From: a virus
Strand: one strand, 5' to 3'
DNA length: 44,680 bases
Virus record (IMG/VR): IMGVR_UViG_3300033068_000459
Coordinates: 1 to 44,680 of that record
Translations under genes and position numbers: made by a program
Part shown: positions 24,814 through 34,433 of the stretch, one piece after another
How the letters are laid out: the number at the start of each line of letters is the position of its first letter
How positions within the stretch are numbered: the stretch's first letter is position 1
Notes under the pieces: generated by a model
Database searches by the model: none
Seen by the model: only the letters and a program-made list of their open reading frames with translations
What the model was told of the DNA's origin: nothing

Positions 24814-26017
24814 TGTTCCGGCTCTTGAAATCACGCCATTGGGGGTAGTCTCTCCTGATGCGGTGACAATTCGCGCCGGAGTCTTGGCAGACGAAAATCA
24901 GGCATTTGGCGGCGAGCTTGATATTGTCACGCCATCCACGCCACAAGCGTATCTGGCAGATAACCTAACATCCAACATTCTGGACGCGAATGCGGAAGTC
25001 GCCTATACGCTGGCGATGATGGACCCGGCCACATCCGAGGGACGCTGGCAAGATGCCATTGGGCGCATCTATTTTCTTTCCCGAAATGGCGCAACGGCGA
25101 GCGTCGTAGCTGCGCTGGTGACTGGTCAACCTGGCGTTACGCTTCCGGCTGGGGCCTTGGCAGAAGATGATGCGGGGAACCTTTGGCAGTCTAGTGGCGT
25201 TTCTGCCTTTGGTCCTGGTGGGGCGGCTACGGTACAGTTTTCTTGCCAGCTTTTAGGCCCTGTTGAGCTTGGCATCGGCGAGCTGACAAAGATTGCCCAG
25301 ACATCCCCTGGATGGGACGCAATCACCAATTTGGCTCCTGCCACGGTTGGCAGCGCGACCGAGACGCGAACTTCATTTGAAATTCGCCGACAAGAAAGCG
25401 CTGCCAAAAATGGGCGCGGCACGCCTCCCGCTATTAGGTCTGCTGTATGGGAGGTTGATGGTGTTTTAGACGTATTTGCATACGACAATTTCACCAATGC
25501 AACTATCAATTATGGATCGACCAATTACCCAATTGTTGCCCATAGCATTTATGTTGGTGTTGTTGGTGGAAATGATCAAGATATCGCCAATGCAATCTGG
25601 ACGAAAAAAGATGCCGGATGCGATATGAATGGTAATACAACTGTTGTTGTTCAAGATACCGAAGGGTATGAATACCCGTATCCTCAATACAACATCAAAT
25701 TCAACCGACCCACACCGTTGCCAATTAAGTTTTCCGTGCAATTGGCAAATAACGTTGCACTACCGTCGAATATCGTTGATTTGACTAAGGCCGCAATTAT
25801 TGCCACGTTTACAGGAGCTAATGGTGCGCAACGTGCTCGAATGGGCGGATTGATTTTTGCGTCCAACTTCTATGCAGCAGTGGCAGCGCTGGGGGCTTTT
25901 GTTTCTATCATTCAAATCAAAATTGGCACAGTCTCGGCGACATTGGATCAGGTTGCAGTTGGTATTGACCAAACCCCAACGATTGATCCTGATGACATTG
26001 TGGTGACTTTGGTATGA
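24806..26017 (+). CDS. Baseplate J-like protein
   Basis: 403 aa. Assigned by position and size. Confidence 0.6.
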   Translation: MSNVPALEITPLGVVSPDAVTIRAGVLADENQAFGGELDIVTPSTPQAYLADNLTSNILDANAEVAYTLAMMDPATSEGRWQDAIGRIYFLSRNGATASVVAALVTGQPGVTLPAGALAEDDAGNLWQSSGVSAFGPGGAATVQFSCQLLGPVELGIGELTKIAQTSPGWDAITNLAPATVGSATETRTSFEIRRQESAAKNGRGTPPAIRSAVWEVDGVLDVFAYDNFTNATINYGSTNYPIVAHSIYVGVVGGNDQDIANAIWTKKDAGCDMNGNTTVVVQDTEGYEYPYPQYNIKFNRPTPLPIKFSVQLANNVALPSNIVDLTKAAIIATFTGANGAQRARMGGLIFASNFYAAVAALGAFVSIIQIKIGTVSATLDQVAVGIDQTPTIDPDDIVVTLV

Positions 26018-26649
26018 GGCAGTATTCGGCTTCTCCAATTATTCAAACCCTGATTGAAGATCGGAAGGGGTATTTCAATACGGGGTGGCAGAATCAGACC
26101 TATAACATGGTCTGGAATGTAGACACGGCTCAAGGTTTTGGCCTGGATATTTGGGGCCGAATTGTCGTTGTTGGGAGGCAACTGCAAATCCCAAATACAG
26201 AGTATTTTGGTTTTAGCACTGGCGTGGCTCCAGAATCTTGGAACCCATTTAATCAAGAGTCTTTTTATTCTGGCGCTGGCGATACTCAAACTTTTACGCT
26301 TGCTGATTCCGCGTATAGAGTTTTGATTCTGGCCAAAGCTCTTTCTAATATTTCTGCAACTGACAGCAAGTCATTAAACAGCGTCATTCAACAGCTATTC
26401 CCTGGTCGTGGCCGTGCATGGATTAATGATCTTGGAAGTATGGCAATGCGTTTTGTTTTCGAGTTCGCGCTCGAAGATTGGGAAAAAGCCGTTTTGGTAA
26501 ATGGAAATGTCATCCCTAGATCCGCTGGGGTATTGGCATATATTTTTGAAGCTCCCGCAGATACCTTTGGATTTGCAGAAGCCGGTGATTCGTTGCCATT
26601 TAATGATGGTACATTTTTGAGCGAAGGAGCAATTTCAAATGTCACTTAG
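26014..26649 (+). CDS. Baseplate/fibre-joint protein (DUF2612-like)
   Basis: The N-terminus MRQYSASPIIQTLIED...VDTAQGFGLDIWGRIV matches the recalled DUF2612 pattern. Confidence 0.6.
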   Translation: MRQYSASPIIQTLIEDRKGYFNTGWQNQTYNMVWNVDTAQGFGLDIWGRIVVVGRQLQIPNTEYFGFSTGVAPESWNPFNQESFYSGAGDTQTFTLADSAYRVLILAKALSNISATDSKSLNSVIQQLFPGRGRAWINDLGSMAMRFVFEFALEDWEKAVLVNGNVIPRSAGVLAYIFEAPADTFGFAEAGDSLPFNDGTFLSEGAISNVT

Positions 26650-28075
26650 CATCCCAACACAAATCGCGGTCCCTTTTGCTACGTCTGGACTAAAAGACAC
26701 CATCCCAGCAAACTCGGATAACGTAACGGGCCGAGCTGGATACGATCAGGGATTCCCCCCCGTCAACATGACGCCAAAAGTCGCAGGAGGTATCCCTCCA
26801 TTTGGCGAGGATATGAACGGCATTTTGTTTGATGTGACAAAAGCAGTTCAATTCCTTGAATCTGGAACTGGATTTGTCTACAACTCGACTTTTTCAACTG
26901 CAATCGGCGGATATAACGCTGGTGCTCGCGTATTGCGGACGGATGGCCGTGGTTATTGGCTAAACACCACGAATGGAAATACAACCGATCCAGAGTCTGC
27001 TGGTGGTTCTGCGGCTGGATGGGTTCCAGACTATACCAATGGCATCTCATCAATTACGATGACAAATGCAAACGTCACTTTGACAGCGCTCCAATATGGT
27101 CGCCCAATCATCGTAATAACTGGCACGCTGACGGCAAATTTGAATTTGATTTTCCCGTCAATTGCAGGTCAATGGATCGTATTGAACAACACGACTGGTG
27201 CATTTACAATCACTTGTAAAACTGCATCTGGGTCTGGCGTAGTTGTTACCGGATCAACTTCAGTTTTTGGTGACGGTACAAATATTTATTTTGCCAACAG
27301 TGCAAGCTTGGCAGCGTTCAATCAAATCCAGTCAATAACTGCAACGGTTAATGGAACTGGCGGCGCTCCAGTCAATGGTATGCGCGTCACTGTCAATCCA
27401 ACGACTTTGGATTTTCGAAGCGCTACGCTTAGCAACGGGCTCGTGACCAATATTCCGCTAGGAATTGCATCATCTATTGATGTTGTAAGCGGTGCCACGC
27501 TTGGAGCATTAAATGGTGTTTTGGCAAGATTTGCCGTGCTAGAAATCAATAATTCCGGGTCACTTGAGACGGCTATTGCTAATATGGCTGGCGGTATCAA
27601 TCTTACGGAAACTGGTGTGATAACCACCGTCGCAATGACAGCGGCATCTGACTCTGCTAGCGTTGTGTACTCTGCCGTTGCTCGTACTAATGTTCCTTAC
27701 CGATTTGTCGGATACATTGAGAACACGCAGGCTACGGCTGGTACTTATGTCACTGCACCTAGCAAAGTACAAGGTGCTGGAGGCAATGCATTATCAATGG
27801 TTGCCACCGGTCGATCTTGGGCTACTGTTACCGGATCAAGAGTTGCAGGTACAACCTACTACAACACGGCGGAATGGGATAAGGAAGTCATCATTGTGTC
27901 CAATGCTGGCGCTTCCCTACAATTCTCGATTCTTGTTGATGGCGTTGGTAGAGACACTACCGCGTTCTCTGGCACAAGCGGCATCATTTCAGTGAAGGCA
28001 ACAGTTCCACCGGGCTCTGCTTACTCACTGACCACCGCCGCAGGAACGGTTAATGTTTGGAGCGAACTGGGATGA
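26639..28075 (+). CDS. Tail fibre protein
   Basis: 478 aa. The N-terminus (IPTQIAVPFATSG...IP...GYDQGFPP) is typical of fibre proximal domains, and the rest is T/S/G/N-rich. Confidence 0.7.
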   Translation: MSLSIPTQIAVPFATSGLKDTIPANSDNVTGRAGYDQGFPPVNMTPKVAGGIPPFGEDMNGILFDVTKAVQFLESGTGFVYNSTFSTAIGGYNAGARVLRTDGRGYWLNTTNGNTTDPESAGGSAAGWVPDYTNGISSITMTNANVTLTALQYGRPIIVITGTLTANLNLIFPSIAGQWIVLNNTTGAFTITCKTASGSGVVVTGSTSVFGDGTNIYFANSASLAAFNQIQSITATVNGTGGAPVNGMRVTVNPTTLDFRSATLSNGLVTNIPLGIASSIDVVSGATLGALNGVLARFAVLEINNSGSLETAIANMAGGINLTETGVITTVAMTAASDSASVVYSAVARTNVPYRFVGYIENTQATAGTYVTAPSKVQGAGGNALSMVATGRSWATVTGSRVAGTTYYNTAEWDKEVIIVSNAGASLQFSILVDGVGRDTTAFSGTSGIISVKATVPPGSAYSLTTAAGTVNVWSELG

Positions 28076-29130
28076 TCGATCTTTCACAAGGCCCTGTTAC
28101 GTTGACCGTCACACAGATCCAAGGCCCTCCCGGTCCCACTGGACCCGCAGGCATGGGCGCATCGGTCCCAGGTGGCCGCTTGACGCTGGTTTCTGGTCAG
28201 CCGGAAATGCCTCATGCAGCGGACTACACTAGCACAACGCTTTACTATGCGCCATTTGAAAGCGATCAAATCCCGATTTTCGATGGCACGGATTGGGGAA
28301 GTCACTGCTTCACATCTGGCCCGCTGGATGCGGCGGGTCTTTCCATGGCTGGCGGCTCCAAATGGACGACAAGCTCAAAGCGCGATGTTTTTATCACCGT
28401 GGATGGTGGCGTACCGGTCCTCGGCACTGGTCCTGCATGGCCCGCTGATTCGGTTTCCTCGCGCGGTCTGGTGCGTCGAAATGGACTTTGGGTCAACGGG
28501 GCGGCGCTGACGCTGGATACATCCGCCTCGGCTTCAATCTCGGTTCCGGAGCATCAGGCTACGTGGGTTGGCTCCATCAACATCGGCACGACTGGCACGC
28601 TCGAAGCGAAATTCACTCTTGGTCAAAACCGTCGCTGCGACGTGTGGAACGTCTACCATCAGCGGGAGATTCTGCTGGGTGTTGGCGCTCCGCCACCTAA
28701 TGGGTCAGCCATCATTGTTTGGAAGCCTCACAACCAATACCCGGCATGGCAGGCATTCAACAATGACCTGAATAACTCAGGCTACTACTTCACTGGTCTT
28801 CCTCAGACTGTGGAATGCGAGTACATCCAGCGCGGGTTTATGGATAGCCTGAACTTTGGGTACTGCGCGTTTTTCACGGTCATTTGCAAGAACACGATTT
28901 CAAATGCAAAGGGCACCCTAGGAACGATTTCGTCTGACACGCTGAAGGATGCGCTAGGCGTTCAAACCTTTGCCGTGTTCAAGGATCGCGGCTCTATTGG
29001 ATCGCACCGCGTATTCATGGGCACTGCCAATGCCAACCAGTTGAACGGCATCAGCATGTGGGGCCTGACAAACCTACCGCCGAGAGCGGAAGAAGAATCG
29101 CAAGTCATGTGGATCAAATATCTAGGGTAA
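28072..29130 (+). CDS. Second tail fibre / receptor-binding protein with a short collagen-like segment
   Basis: The ATG at 28072 overlaps the upstream stop (ATGA). GPPGPTGPAG lies near the N-terminus. 352 aa. Confidence 0.6.
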   Translation: MIDLSQGPVTLTVTQIQGPPGPTGPAGMGASVPGGRLTLVSGQPEMPHAADYTSTTLYYAPFESDQIPIFDGTDWGSHCFTSGPLDAAGLSMAGGSKWTTSSKRDVFITVDGGVPVLGTGPAWPADSVSSRGLVRRNGLWVNGAALTLDTSASASISVPEHQATWVGSINIGTTGTLEAKFTLGQNRRCDVWNVYHQREILLGVGAPPPNGSAIIVWKPHNQYPAWQAFNNDLNNSGYYFTGLPQTVECEYIQRGFMDSLNFGYCAFFTVICKNTISNAKGTLGTISSDTLKDALGVQTFAVFKDRGSIGSHRVFMGTANANQLNGISMWGLTNLPPRAEEESQVMWIKYLG

Positions 29131-29208
29131 TCAGATGATCTTGTCATCCCAAAAATGTAGTAAGGATTTGGCAATTCCTTACAATGTCGGCTAACTAAAG
29201 GGGTTAGC

Positions 29209-29529
29209 ATGTTTGATATTGATCCGAAGGCCGCTGAATCAGTTGCACGTAGCCCTTTCACTGCTGGATTGTTTGGTGCCCTTGTTCTTTCATTTCGTGG
29301 TGGCGTTGAGACCAGTTGGAAAGAACGAGTTGTCACCACGTTGTCAGGCTGTTTAATGGCCGGATTTTTGAGCCCAGCGGCTGCGGAGTATTTCGCGATT
29401 CACACGCCTGCCATGCAATCGGGAATGGCTTTCTTCGTGGGGCTGTTTGGTCTGAATCTCATGTCTGCTGTGCTCCGATGGATCAAGACGGCAAACCTCT
29501 CAGACTATATCCCTTGGGGTAAAAAATGA
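29209..29529 (+). CDS. Putative holin (about 3 TM segments)
   Basis: 106 aa with hydrophobic segments FTAGLFGALVLSF, VVTTLSGCLMAGFL and MAFFVGLFGLNLMSAVL, and a charged C-terminus. It is the first gene of the lysis cassette. Confidence 0.6.
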   Translation: MFDIDPKAAESVARSPFTAGLFGALVLSFRGGVETSWKERVVTTLSGCLMAGFLSPAAAEYFAIHTPAMQSGMAFFVGLFGLNLMSAVLRWIKTANLSDYIPWGKK

Positions 29530-29930
29530 GTGAACTGCACACCTTGAACGGGCTGACCTCTTTTCTCTGCGCGGTGATTCTCGCCGGAGTTGTCCTGAGC
29601 CCTCGTGTAAAAGACGGGGTAATCATCAAGGTAGGGCTGATTGCAATGATTGGCTCGTTTCTCATTACGGCCATGCTGACGTTTGAGAATTCGCGCAATT
29701 GGGATGCTTATGCAATGGCAAACCTAATCAATCGCGGTGGTCTATTGGTTTCTGGATTGGGTGTGTGGATGAGGCTGCACAAATTCCTGCGCCGGTCAAA
29801 AAAAAACTCCGATGCACATAGCCCCAGGACGAATCAGATTCTTTCAGGGATGACCAGCCAAGCAAGCGACCTCATGGACCTTCTCTATGACTCAAAACCC
29901 AGTGTTACTGACAAAGAGAAAACCCATTGA
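29526..29930 (+). CDS. Membrane protein (second holin / antiholin candidate)
   Basis: ATGA overlap with the upstream gene. 134 aa with 3-4 hydrophobic segments. Confidence 0.55.
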   Translation: MSELHTLNGLTSFLCAVILAGVVLSPRVKDGVIIKVGLIAMIGSFLITAMLTFENSRNWDAYAMANLINRGGLLVSGLGVWMRLHKFLRRSKKNSDAHSPRTNQILSGMTSQASDLMDLLYDSKPSVTDKEKTH

Positions 29931-30117
29931 ATTCAAGCCTCCAGTTATCACGCCACCAAACCGGTTTGATAGCATAGACTCTGCGCTTCATGACATCCAG
30001 CAGAGTTGTAAAACCTCATGGTCAGAGCATGAAATCATCCGAAAACTAGAAGAAGCGCGTAATATGCGCAGAGATGAAAAAGGAGTGGTTTCTCCTACGT
30101 CGGAAAGATGGGCATGA
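29887..30117 (+). CDS. Hypothetical protein (76 aa)
   Basis: It overlaps the upstream gene by 44 nt. The stop overlaps the amidase ATG (ATGA). No clear RBS. Confidence 0.4.
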   Translation: MTQNPVLLTKRKPIEFKPPVITPPNRFDSIDSALHDIQQSCKTSWSEHEIIRKLEEARNMRRDEKGVVSPTSERWA

Positions 30118-30647
30118 AAAGATTCACAGTCACGGCAGGACATGGCGAGAAAGACCCCGGCGCAGTTGCCAAAACCGGCGAGACGGAAGCCGCTTTGATG
30201 ACTGAGCTTCGGGATCTGGTGGCTGACATCCTGATCGGCAAAGGCCATGAGGTCAAAACGGATGGGGCCAAATGGGAAAACTGGCCGCTTGTTCGGGCCT
30301 TGAAACTAATCCCTCAATCGGATGTTGCTATTGAGCTACACATGAACGCTTCGGACAATCCGAATGCCAAAGGTGTTGAGGTCATCAGCCTTCCGGCTCA
30401 AAAGGATTTGTCCCGCGAGATTGCCCGCAGGATCGCCCATACGCTCGAAACGCCTGTTCGTGGTGCTGGCGGATGGATCGATCAGTCTCAGAGCGCCAGA
30501 GGCCGTCTGGCGTTCGTCAATGCGGGGGGATTGATTGTTGAGGTCTGCTTTCTGAGCAACTCGGAAGAGCTGGCGAAATACAAGGACCGCAAGCCTCTGA
30601 TCGCAGCCGCCATTGCTGAAAGCCTCGCACCACCGGAGTGGAAATAA
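30114..30647 (+). CDS. Endolysin: N-acetylmuramoyl-L-alanine amidase (Amidase_3-like)
   Basis: Motifs TAGHGEKDPGA, IELHMNAS and VEVCFLSN. The ATG at 30114 (GGAAAG upstream, ATGA coupling) is preferred over 30108. Confidence 0.85.
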   Translation: MKRFTVTAGHGEKDPGAVAKTGETEAALMTELRDLVADILIGKGHEVKTDGAKWENWPLVRALKLIPQSDVAIELHMNASDNPNAKGVEVISLPAQKDLSREIARRIAHTLETPVRGAGGWIDQSQSARGRLAFVNAGGLIVEVCFLSNSEELAKYKDRKPLIAAAIAESLAPPEWK

Positions 30648-30856
30648 TGAGCTTGGATAAGGCCATCAAATACGGGAAAGAGCACCGCAAGGAATATGCC
30701 GAACGTGGCAAGCCAGGTCGATACGATAAAACTTGCAGGCCGCACGGATCGGGGAAAAGTCGCCCGTGTCCGTATTGTGAGAGAGGCCGGTTGTTTCGCT
30801 TCGCTCGGCAGATAGGTGCGCCAAGCAGAACTAAAGAGGGCGGCGGCTACGCCTGA
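30647..30856 (+). CDS. Small basic Cys-containing protein within the lysis cassette (69 aa)
   Basis: Coupled on both sides (TAATG upstream, TGATG downstream). Contains CRPHG...CPYC. Confidence 0.5.
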   Translation: MSLDKAIKYGKEHRKEYAERGKPGRYDKTCRPHGSGKSRPCPYCERGRLFRFARQIGAPSRTKEGGGYA

Positions 30857-31320
30857 TGATCGGCCTTCTGTTCAACCGCTTCACGCTATACGCCGCACTC
30901 GCCGCTGCGGCTTTTGCTGGGGCCTATGCCTATCGATATAGCCTGATCAAGATGGGTTACGATCAAGCCATGGCGCAGGTTCGTGAGGCTGAGACGGACA
31001 AGCTCCGAGAGCTGCTGAAAGAGAATTCCCGCCTTTTTGGCGTAGTCCAAGGATTAAACGATGTTGCTCAAAAACAGAAGTCTGAAATTTCCGCTTTTCG
31101 CGCTCGCCATCGTGCTAACGAGCAGCGGTTGCGCGATCAAGAAGCAGAGCATCAGCGTAGACTCGCCGCCGCCTCTGCCGAAGCCGTCCGTGGATACGCC
31201 TCGTTCCTCGACGGACATATTGAAGAGTGCCGATCAATGGTTGCTGACTTCGCAGGAGAAGCTGCGAGCTGCGCGAGCACTGCTAAAACCCTGATCGACT
31301 ACATCAAAGAGCTTCCCTAG
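30856..31320 (+). CDS. i-spanin (Rz-like)
   Basis: An N-terminal TM segment (LYAALAAAAFAGAYAY) is followed by a coiled-coil-like periplasmic domain. An o-spanin ORF is embedded within it. Confidence 0.8.
   Translation: MIGLLFNRFTLYAALAAAAFAGAYAYRYSLIKMGYDQAMAQVREAETDKLRELLKENSRLFGVVQGLNDVAQKQKSEISAFRARHRANEQRLRDQEAEHQRRLAAASAEAVRGYASFLDGHIEECRSMVADFAGEAASCASTAKTLIDYIKELP
31061..31294 (+). CDS. o-spanin (Rz1-like lipoprotein), embedded in the +1 frame of the i-spanin gene
   Basis: Signal peptide plus lipobox-like ...ALAIVLTSSG|C, with a Pro-rich mature part (DSPPPLPKPSVDTP). Confidence 0.75.
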   Translation: MLLKNRSLKFPLFALAIVLTSSGCAIKKQSISVDSPPPLPKPSVDTPRSSTDILKSADQWLLTSQEKLRAARALLKP

Positions 31321-31361
31321 TTTCTTGCCGTTGTCTCCTGTCGCGCGACCACCGCGCTTTA

Positions 31362-31396
31362 CCCCGCCTTCCTTAATCGGTTGGCGGGGGTTTTTC
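31362..31396 (+). terminator. Intrinsic terminator at the end of the late operon, at the convergence point with the leftward operon
   Basis: CCCCGCC-(14 nt)-GGCGGGG followed by GTTTTT. The T-run overlaps the stop codon of the convergent gene 31395..31643. Confidence 0.75.
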
Positions 31397-31643
31397 ACTT
31401 CCAGGTTGCGGCTTTGACGGCCCACATCTGCGAGGTCTGCGCCTCGGTAATGGCAACCGATGCCATGCGCATGACTTCTGGATCGGAGGATGATTCGCGC
31501 AGGTTATGTGCACGGTCGATCACGGCGGCATATGCTACCTTCAGATCGTTGACAACGGGGTCGCCGCTCGGATTAAAAGATAGACCTACGGCACGCTCTC
31601 CGAAAGTCATTGATCGCGAAACTTCGCTCATTGAGTTCTCCAA
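31395..31643 (-). CDS. Hypothetical protein (82 aa)
   Basis: Last gene of the leftward operon. Conserved-looking motifs (FNPSGDP...MWAVKA) that I cannot place. Confidence 0.6.
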   Translation of the reverse strand: MENSMSEVSRSMTFGERAVGLSFNPSGDPVVNDLKVAYAAVIDRAHNLRESSSDPEVMRMASVAITEAQTSQMWAVKAATWK

Positions 31644-31710
31644 AAATTACCGGTAACCGACCGGCTGCGGATTTGATACTTCATCGCCATTTCAATAATT
31701 TACTATTGAT

Positions 31711-31962
31711 TTACGGCTTTCCCCTTTGACGGATGGCGTCTGAACAGGAAACGACGGCCACATTCCACAAGTGGCGCTCGGTAGTGTTGCAGGATGGTGG
31801 AGCGAAATTCTCTTCGCACAACTTCGCGTAAGCCTCACGCTCATGTGCTGCGACAAGCTGGGCAAATCGCCTCAGAAAATCCAAGTCTTTTTCTGGCGTA
31901 GTAGACAGTTCAGGAAATGCACCGGCTTTCCTCGCCAATTCAATAATCTGTTTTCGGTTCAC
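31711..31962 (-). CDS. Hypothetical protein (83 aa)
   Basis: The start (31962) overlaps the stop (31959-31961) of the upstream leftward gene 31959..32252. Confidence 0.6.
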   Translation of the reverse strand: MNRKQIIELARKAGAFPELSTTPEKDLDFLRRFAQLVAAHEREAYAKLCEENFAPPSCNTTERHLWNVAVVSCSDAIRQRGKP

Positions 31963-32252
31963 GTCTTCTCTCCTATGCTGGCAGCGACCTGAATTGCATA
32001 CACCTGCACCGGTTCAGGGCCGAAGTGCGGGTGCGTGATGGTGGTTTCCCGGTAGCCGCGCCATGGCAGCACCAGGCGGCGCTCGTGGTTGTCCCGGGCG
32101 GGGTAGCCCAGCATGAGCACTACGCGGTCGAACGAGCGGCCCTCCAGGCGCTTGCGCCAGTAGGCGGTACGCAGGCGGAATTCCTCGACCTTCGTGCCGG
32201 CTTTGATGGCGTCAAAGTATTCGCCCTTGAGTGGAAGAACAAGGTCTGTCAT
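31959..32252 (-). CDS. ASCH-domain-like protein
   Basis: The pattern ...LKGEYFDAIKAGTKVEEFR...YW.KRL resembles ASCH / PUA-like small domains. Confidence 0.5.
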   Translation of the reverse strand: MTDLVLPLKGEYFDAIKAGTKVEEFRLRTAYWRKRLEGRSFDRVVLMLGYPARDNHERRLVLPWRGYRETTITHPHFGPEPVQVYAIQVAASIGEKT

Positions 32253-32536
32253 TTCATTGGCTCCACGTTAGGGGGAGGGCAACCGGCTTGCATGCAGGCG
32301 GGGAGTGGGCCAAACCGTTCAACTCCGCACTTCGGACAGGCCCACCCCTCCACCTCTGGAATAGGCCTGAGCATTGAGGCGCGGCCAGCCTGCCAGCCTT
32401 GCCATTGGCGAGAGCGCGCGCCCCCTTCGTACCAGCAGACGCCGTGCTGCGCATCCCTGTATGCGTGGCCTTCGCTCAATGCCCAAGCCTCGAATTCCTC
32501 GCGCTCGCTCTTATGCTGTTCTTGGGATAGGGTCAT
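32249..32536 (-). CDS. Hypothetical protein (95 aa)
   Basis: Overlapping start/stop chain on the minus strand. Confidence 0.55.
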   Translation of the reverse strand: MTLSQEQHKSEREEFEAWALSEGHAYRDAQHGVCWYEGGARSRQWQGWQAGRASMLRPIPEVEGWACPKCGVERFGPLPACMQAGCPPPNVEPMK

Positions 32537-32694
32537 GGGGCGTCCTCGTGGTCTTCGTCTTCTTCGGCGTGGTCTTCGATGTGGAACACCTCGCCACAGG
32601 CCGCGCAGCGCTCAAGGTTTGGCGTGGACGGAGTGAAGTCATCCCCATCGTCGTATTGGTAGCAGACTTTGCATCCGCACTTTGGGCAAGCCAT
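32533..32694 (-). CDS. Small zinc-ribbon protein with an acidic tail (53 aa)
   Basis: Hand-translated as MACPKCGCKVC...CAACGEVFH...EEDEDHEDAP. GGAGG lies upstream, with ATGA coupling downstream. Confidence 0.5.
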   Translation of the reverse strand: MACPKCGCKVCYQYDDGDDFTPSTPNLERCAACGEVFHIEDHAEEDEDHEDAP

Positions 32695-33197
32695 CAGCCA
32701 CCTCCCACAGTAGGAGTGCTGGAGTGCATGGCGGCGTCGATGGCAGCGCTAATCTGGCTGCTGAATGTGTCTCCGCTGTCGATATGCACCCAGTAGCCAT
32801 CTTTGAGGTAGTACACGGTCCCCGCATCGCGCTCTAGTCGTATTTCTATGCCGTCCGACTCATGCGGTAGTTGCTCGCAAGCCCGCTCAATGGCGCGGCC
32901 AATTGCAAGCTGCTCGCGCTCTCGCGCATCTCGGCTCACCGTATCGGATGGGGGAGAGGTGAGCAGCTTGCGTATGTCGGCAAGATCGGACATGTCGAAC
33001 CCGCCCGGATAGCCGTCAGGGTCTTCATCTGTCACCGGCTCGCCCTTCGGCTCTTCGAGGTGGGATCGAATGGCGGTGATGGCGGCGTCAATGTCGCCGA
33101 TAGCGCTTTGGATGCGAGGCACCCATTCCTGACCGGAAAAGCGCTTCTTGGCCTGTTCCAGCGCTTCCAGCGCCTGCTGCAAGAGAGGGGCGGTCAT
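32694..33197 (-). CDS. Hypothetical protein (167 aa)
   Basis: Coding-like composition within the operon chain. Confidence 0.6.
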   Translation of the reverse strand: MTAPLLQQALEALEQAKKRFSGQEWVPRIQSAIGDIDAAITAIRSHLEEPKGEPVTDEDPDGYPGGFDMSDLADIRKLLTSPPSDTVSRDAREREQLAIGRAIERACEQLPHESDGIEIRLERDAGTVYYLKDGYWVHIDSGDTFSSQISAAIDAAMHSSTPTVGGG

Positions 33198-33208
33198 GGT
33201 TTAGGTTC

Positions 33209-33433
33209 TCAAAATGGAATGTCGGGATCGCCGAATCGCTCGTGGTGGCGGAGCCAGAGGGGTCGGTCAAGCGGGTCTCTGTTCCACATGCCTGGGTTTT
33301 GCCGGATAAGTTCGTGAAGCCGGACGACGAGTGAGGGCGGCGATGTTGTCGATGTGAGCTGAGGCAGCAATCTGTCAAGGTGCTGGGCGCGGTAATAGCG
33401 TTCGCGCGTCCAACGGAATCGCGTTCGTGCCAT
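33209..33433 (-). CDS. Hypothetical protein (74 aa)
   Basis: The internal ATG at 33433 is preceded by AAAGGAGGGG. The longer track ORF would overlap the upstream gene. Confidence 0.55.
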   Translation of the reverse strand: MARTRFRWTRERYYRAQHLDRLLPQLTSTTSPPSLVVRLHELIRQNPGMWNRDPLDRPLWLRHHERFGDPDIPF

Positions 33434-33434
33434 C

Positions 33435-34433
33435 TCACCCCTCCTTTGCCGCAGAGGTGCCGATGCCGGCACCAATGCCGTGGTGACGTTCAGCAAATCT
33501 GACGCCGTCGATGAACGACCTGCGATCGCTTGGCGTGAAGTCGATCCCTTCCGTGGCCGTCGCAAGTTGGCCAGGCGTGAGCGTCACCCGCTCGGGCTGC
33601 GGGGCATCAGCGTCACGCCCCTCCTGGCAACATGCGCGCGCCTTGGCATTCGTGTTGCACCCGCAAAATTCGCACTTGCGCCACTGCTCGGCCTGCGGGG
33701 CGGCTTCTTCGGCGTCGTGCACGGCTGCCTTGAGGTCTTCAATCGCAGCAACCGGATCGCCTTCTTCTTCCATGCCCAGCGCGGAGAGGACGCGGCAATA
33801 GTTGTTCGCGTCTTCAGCCTTGACGGCGACCATGCCATCCAAGCCTCTGAGGTAGTCGGCGATCTGCTGCGCTGTTGGCTTCTGCTCGGCCTGCGCTGGG
33901 GTAGCCAGTGTGGCGGCGAGCATGGCTTCAGCGATTGCCAGCTTGAAGTAGTTCAGTCGCTCTGCTTCTTCTACGTACACCATCACTTTGTCGATGGTCT
34001 TCTTTGATAGCCCACCGGATGAGCAAACTCGAAAGTAACGGCGCATGGCATTTGGGATCAAGTCGTCGAGCTTGATGGGCGGCACCTGCCCACCCTGCGC
34101 CTCTTGCTTTATTCGCCACCACGGCGACCCCGTGTCTTTAAGCAAGTCCGCCACGGCGTTGAGCGTGGTTTCAAGACCGATGTTCTTCGTGCCCAAGTTC
34201 CGCTGGTTGTGATCTCGCCAAGCGAAGCGCAACTGCTGATAGATGTCTTGCAGAAGTTTTTTGTCGGCGTCACTGGGCCGCGCCTCTTGCTTGCTGGCTT
34301 CGAGGGCGGCGCGGAACTCAGCGGCCAGCCGGTTTGGTTCATGCTCGACCTGAGTGCTTGCGTAGCAAATGATCGCGTCAAGATAGGGTTCAATTGCGCT
34401 GGCTGCGGCGATCAGCTTGTCCTTATCGACCAT
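33435..34433 (-). CDS. Hypothetical multi-domain protein (332 aa)
   Basis: The ATG at 34433 is preceded by CAGGAGAA. The 5' part of the track ORF (to 34727) looks non-coding and overlaps gene 34423..34761. Confidence 0.6.
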   Translation of the reverse strand: MVDKDKLIAAASAIEPYLDAIICYASTQVEHEPNRLAAEFRAALEASKQEARPSDADKKLLQDIYQQLRFAWRDHNQRNLGTKNIGLETTLNAVADLLKDTGSPWWRIKQEAQGGQVPPIKLDDLIPNAMRRYFRVCSSGGLSKKTIDKVMVYVEEAERLNYFKLAIAEAMLAATLATPAQAEQKPTAQQIADYLRGLDGMVAVKAEDANNYCRVLSALGMEEEGDPVAAIEDLKAAVHDAEEAAPQAEQWRKCEFCGCNTNAKARACCQEGRDADAPQPERVTLTPGQLATATEGIDFTPSDRRSFIDGVRFAERHHGIGAGIGTSAAKEG

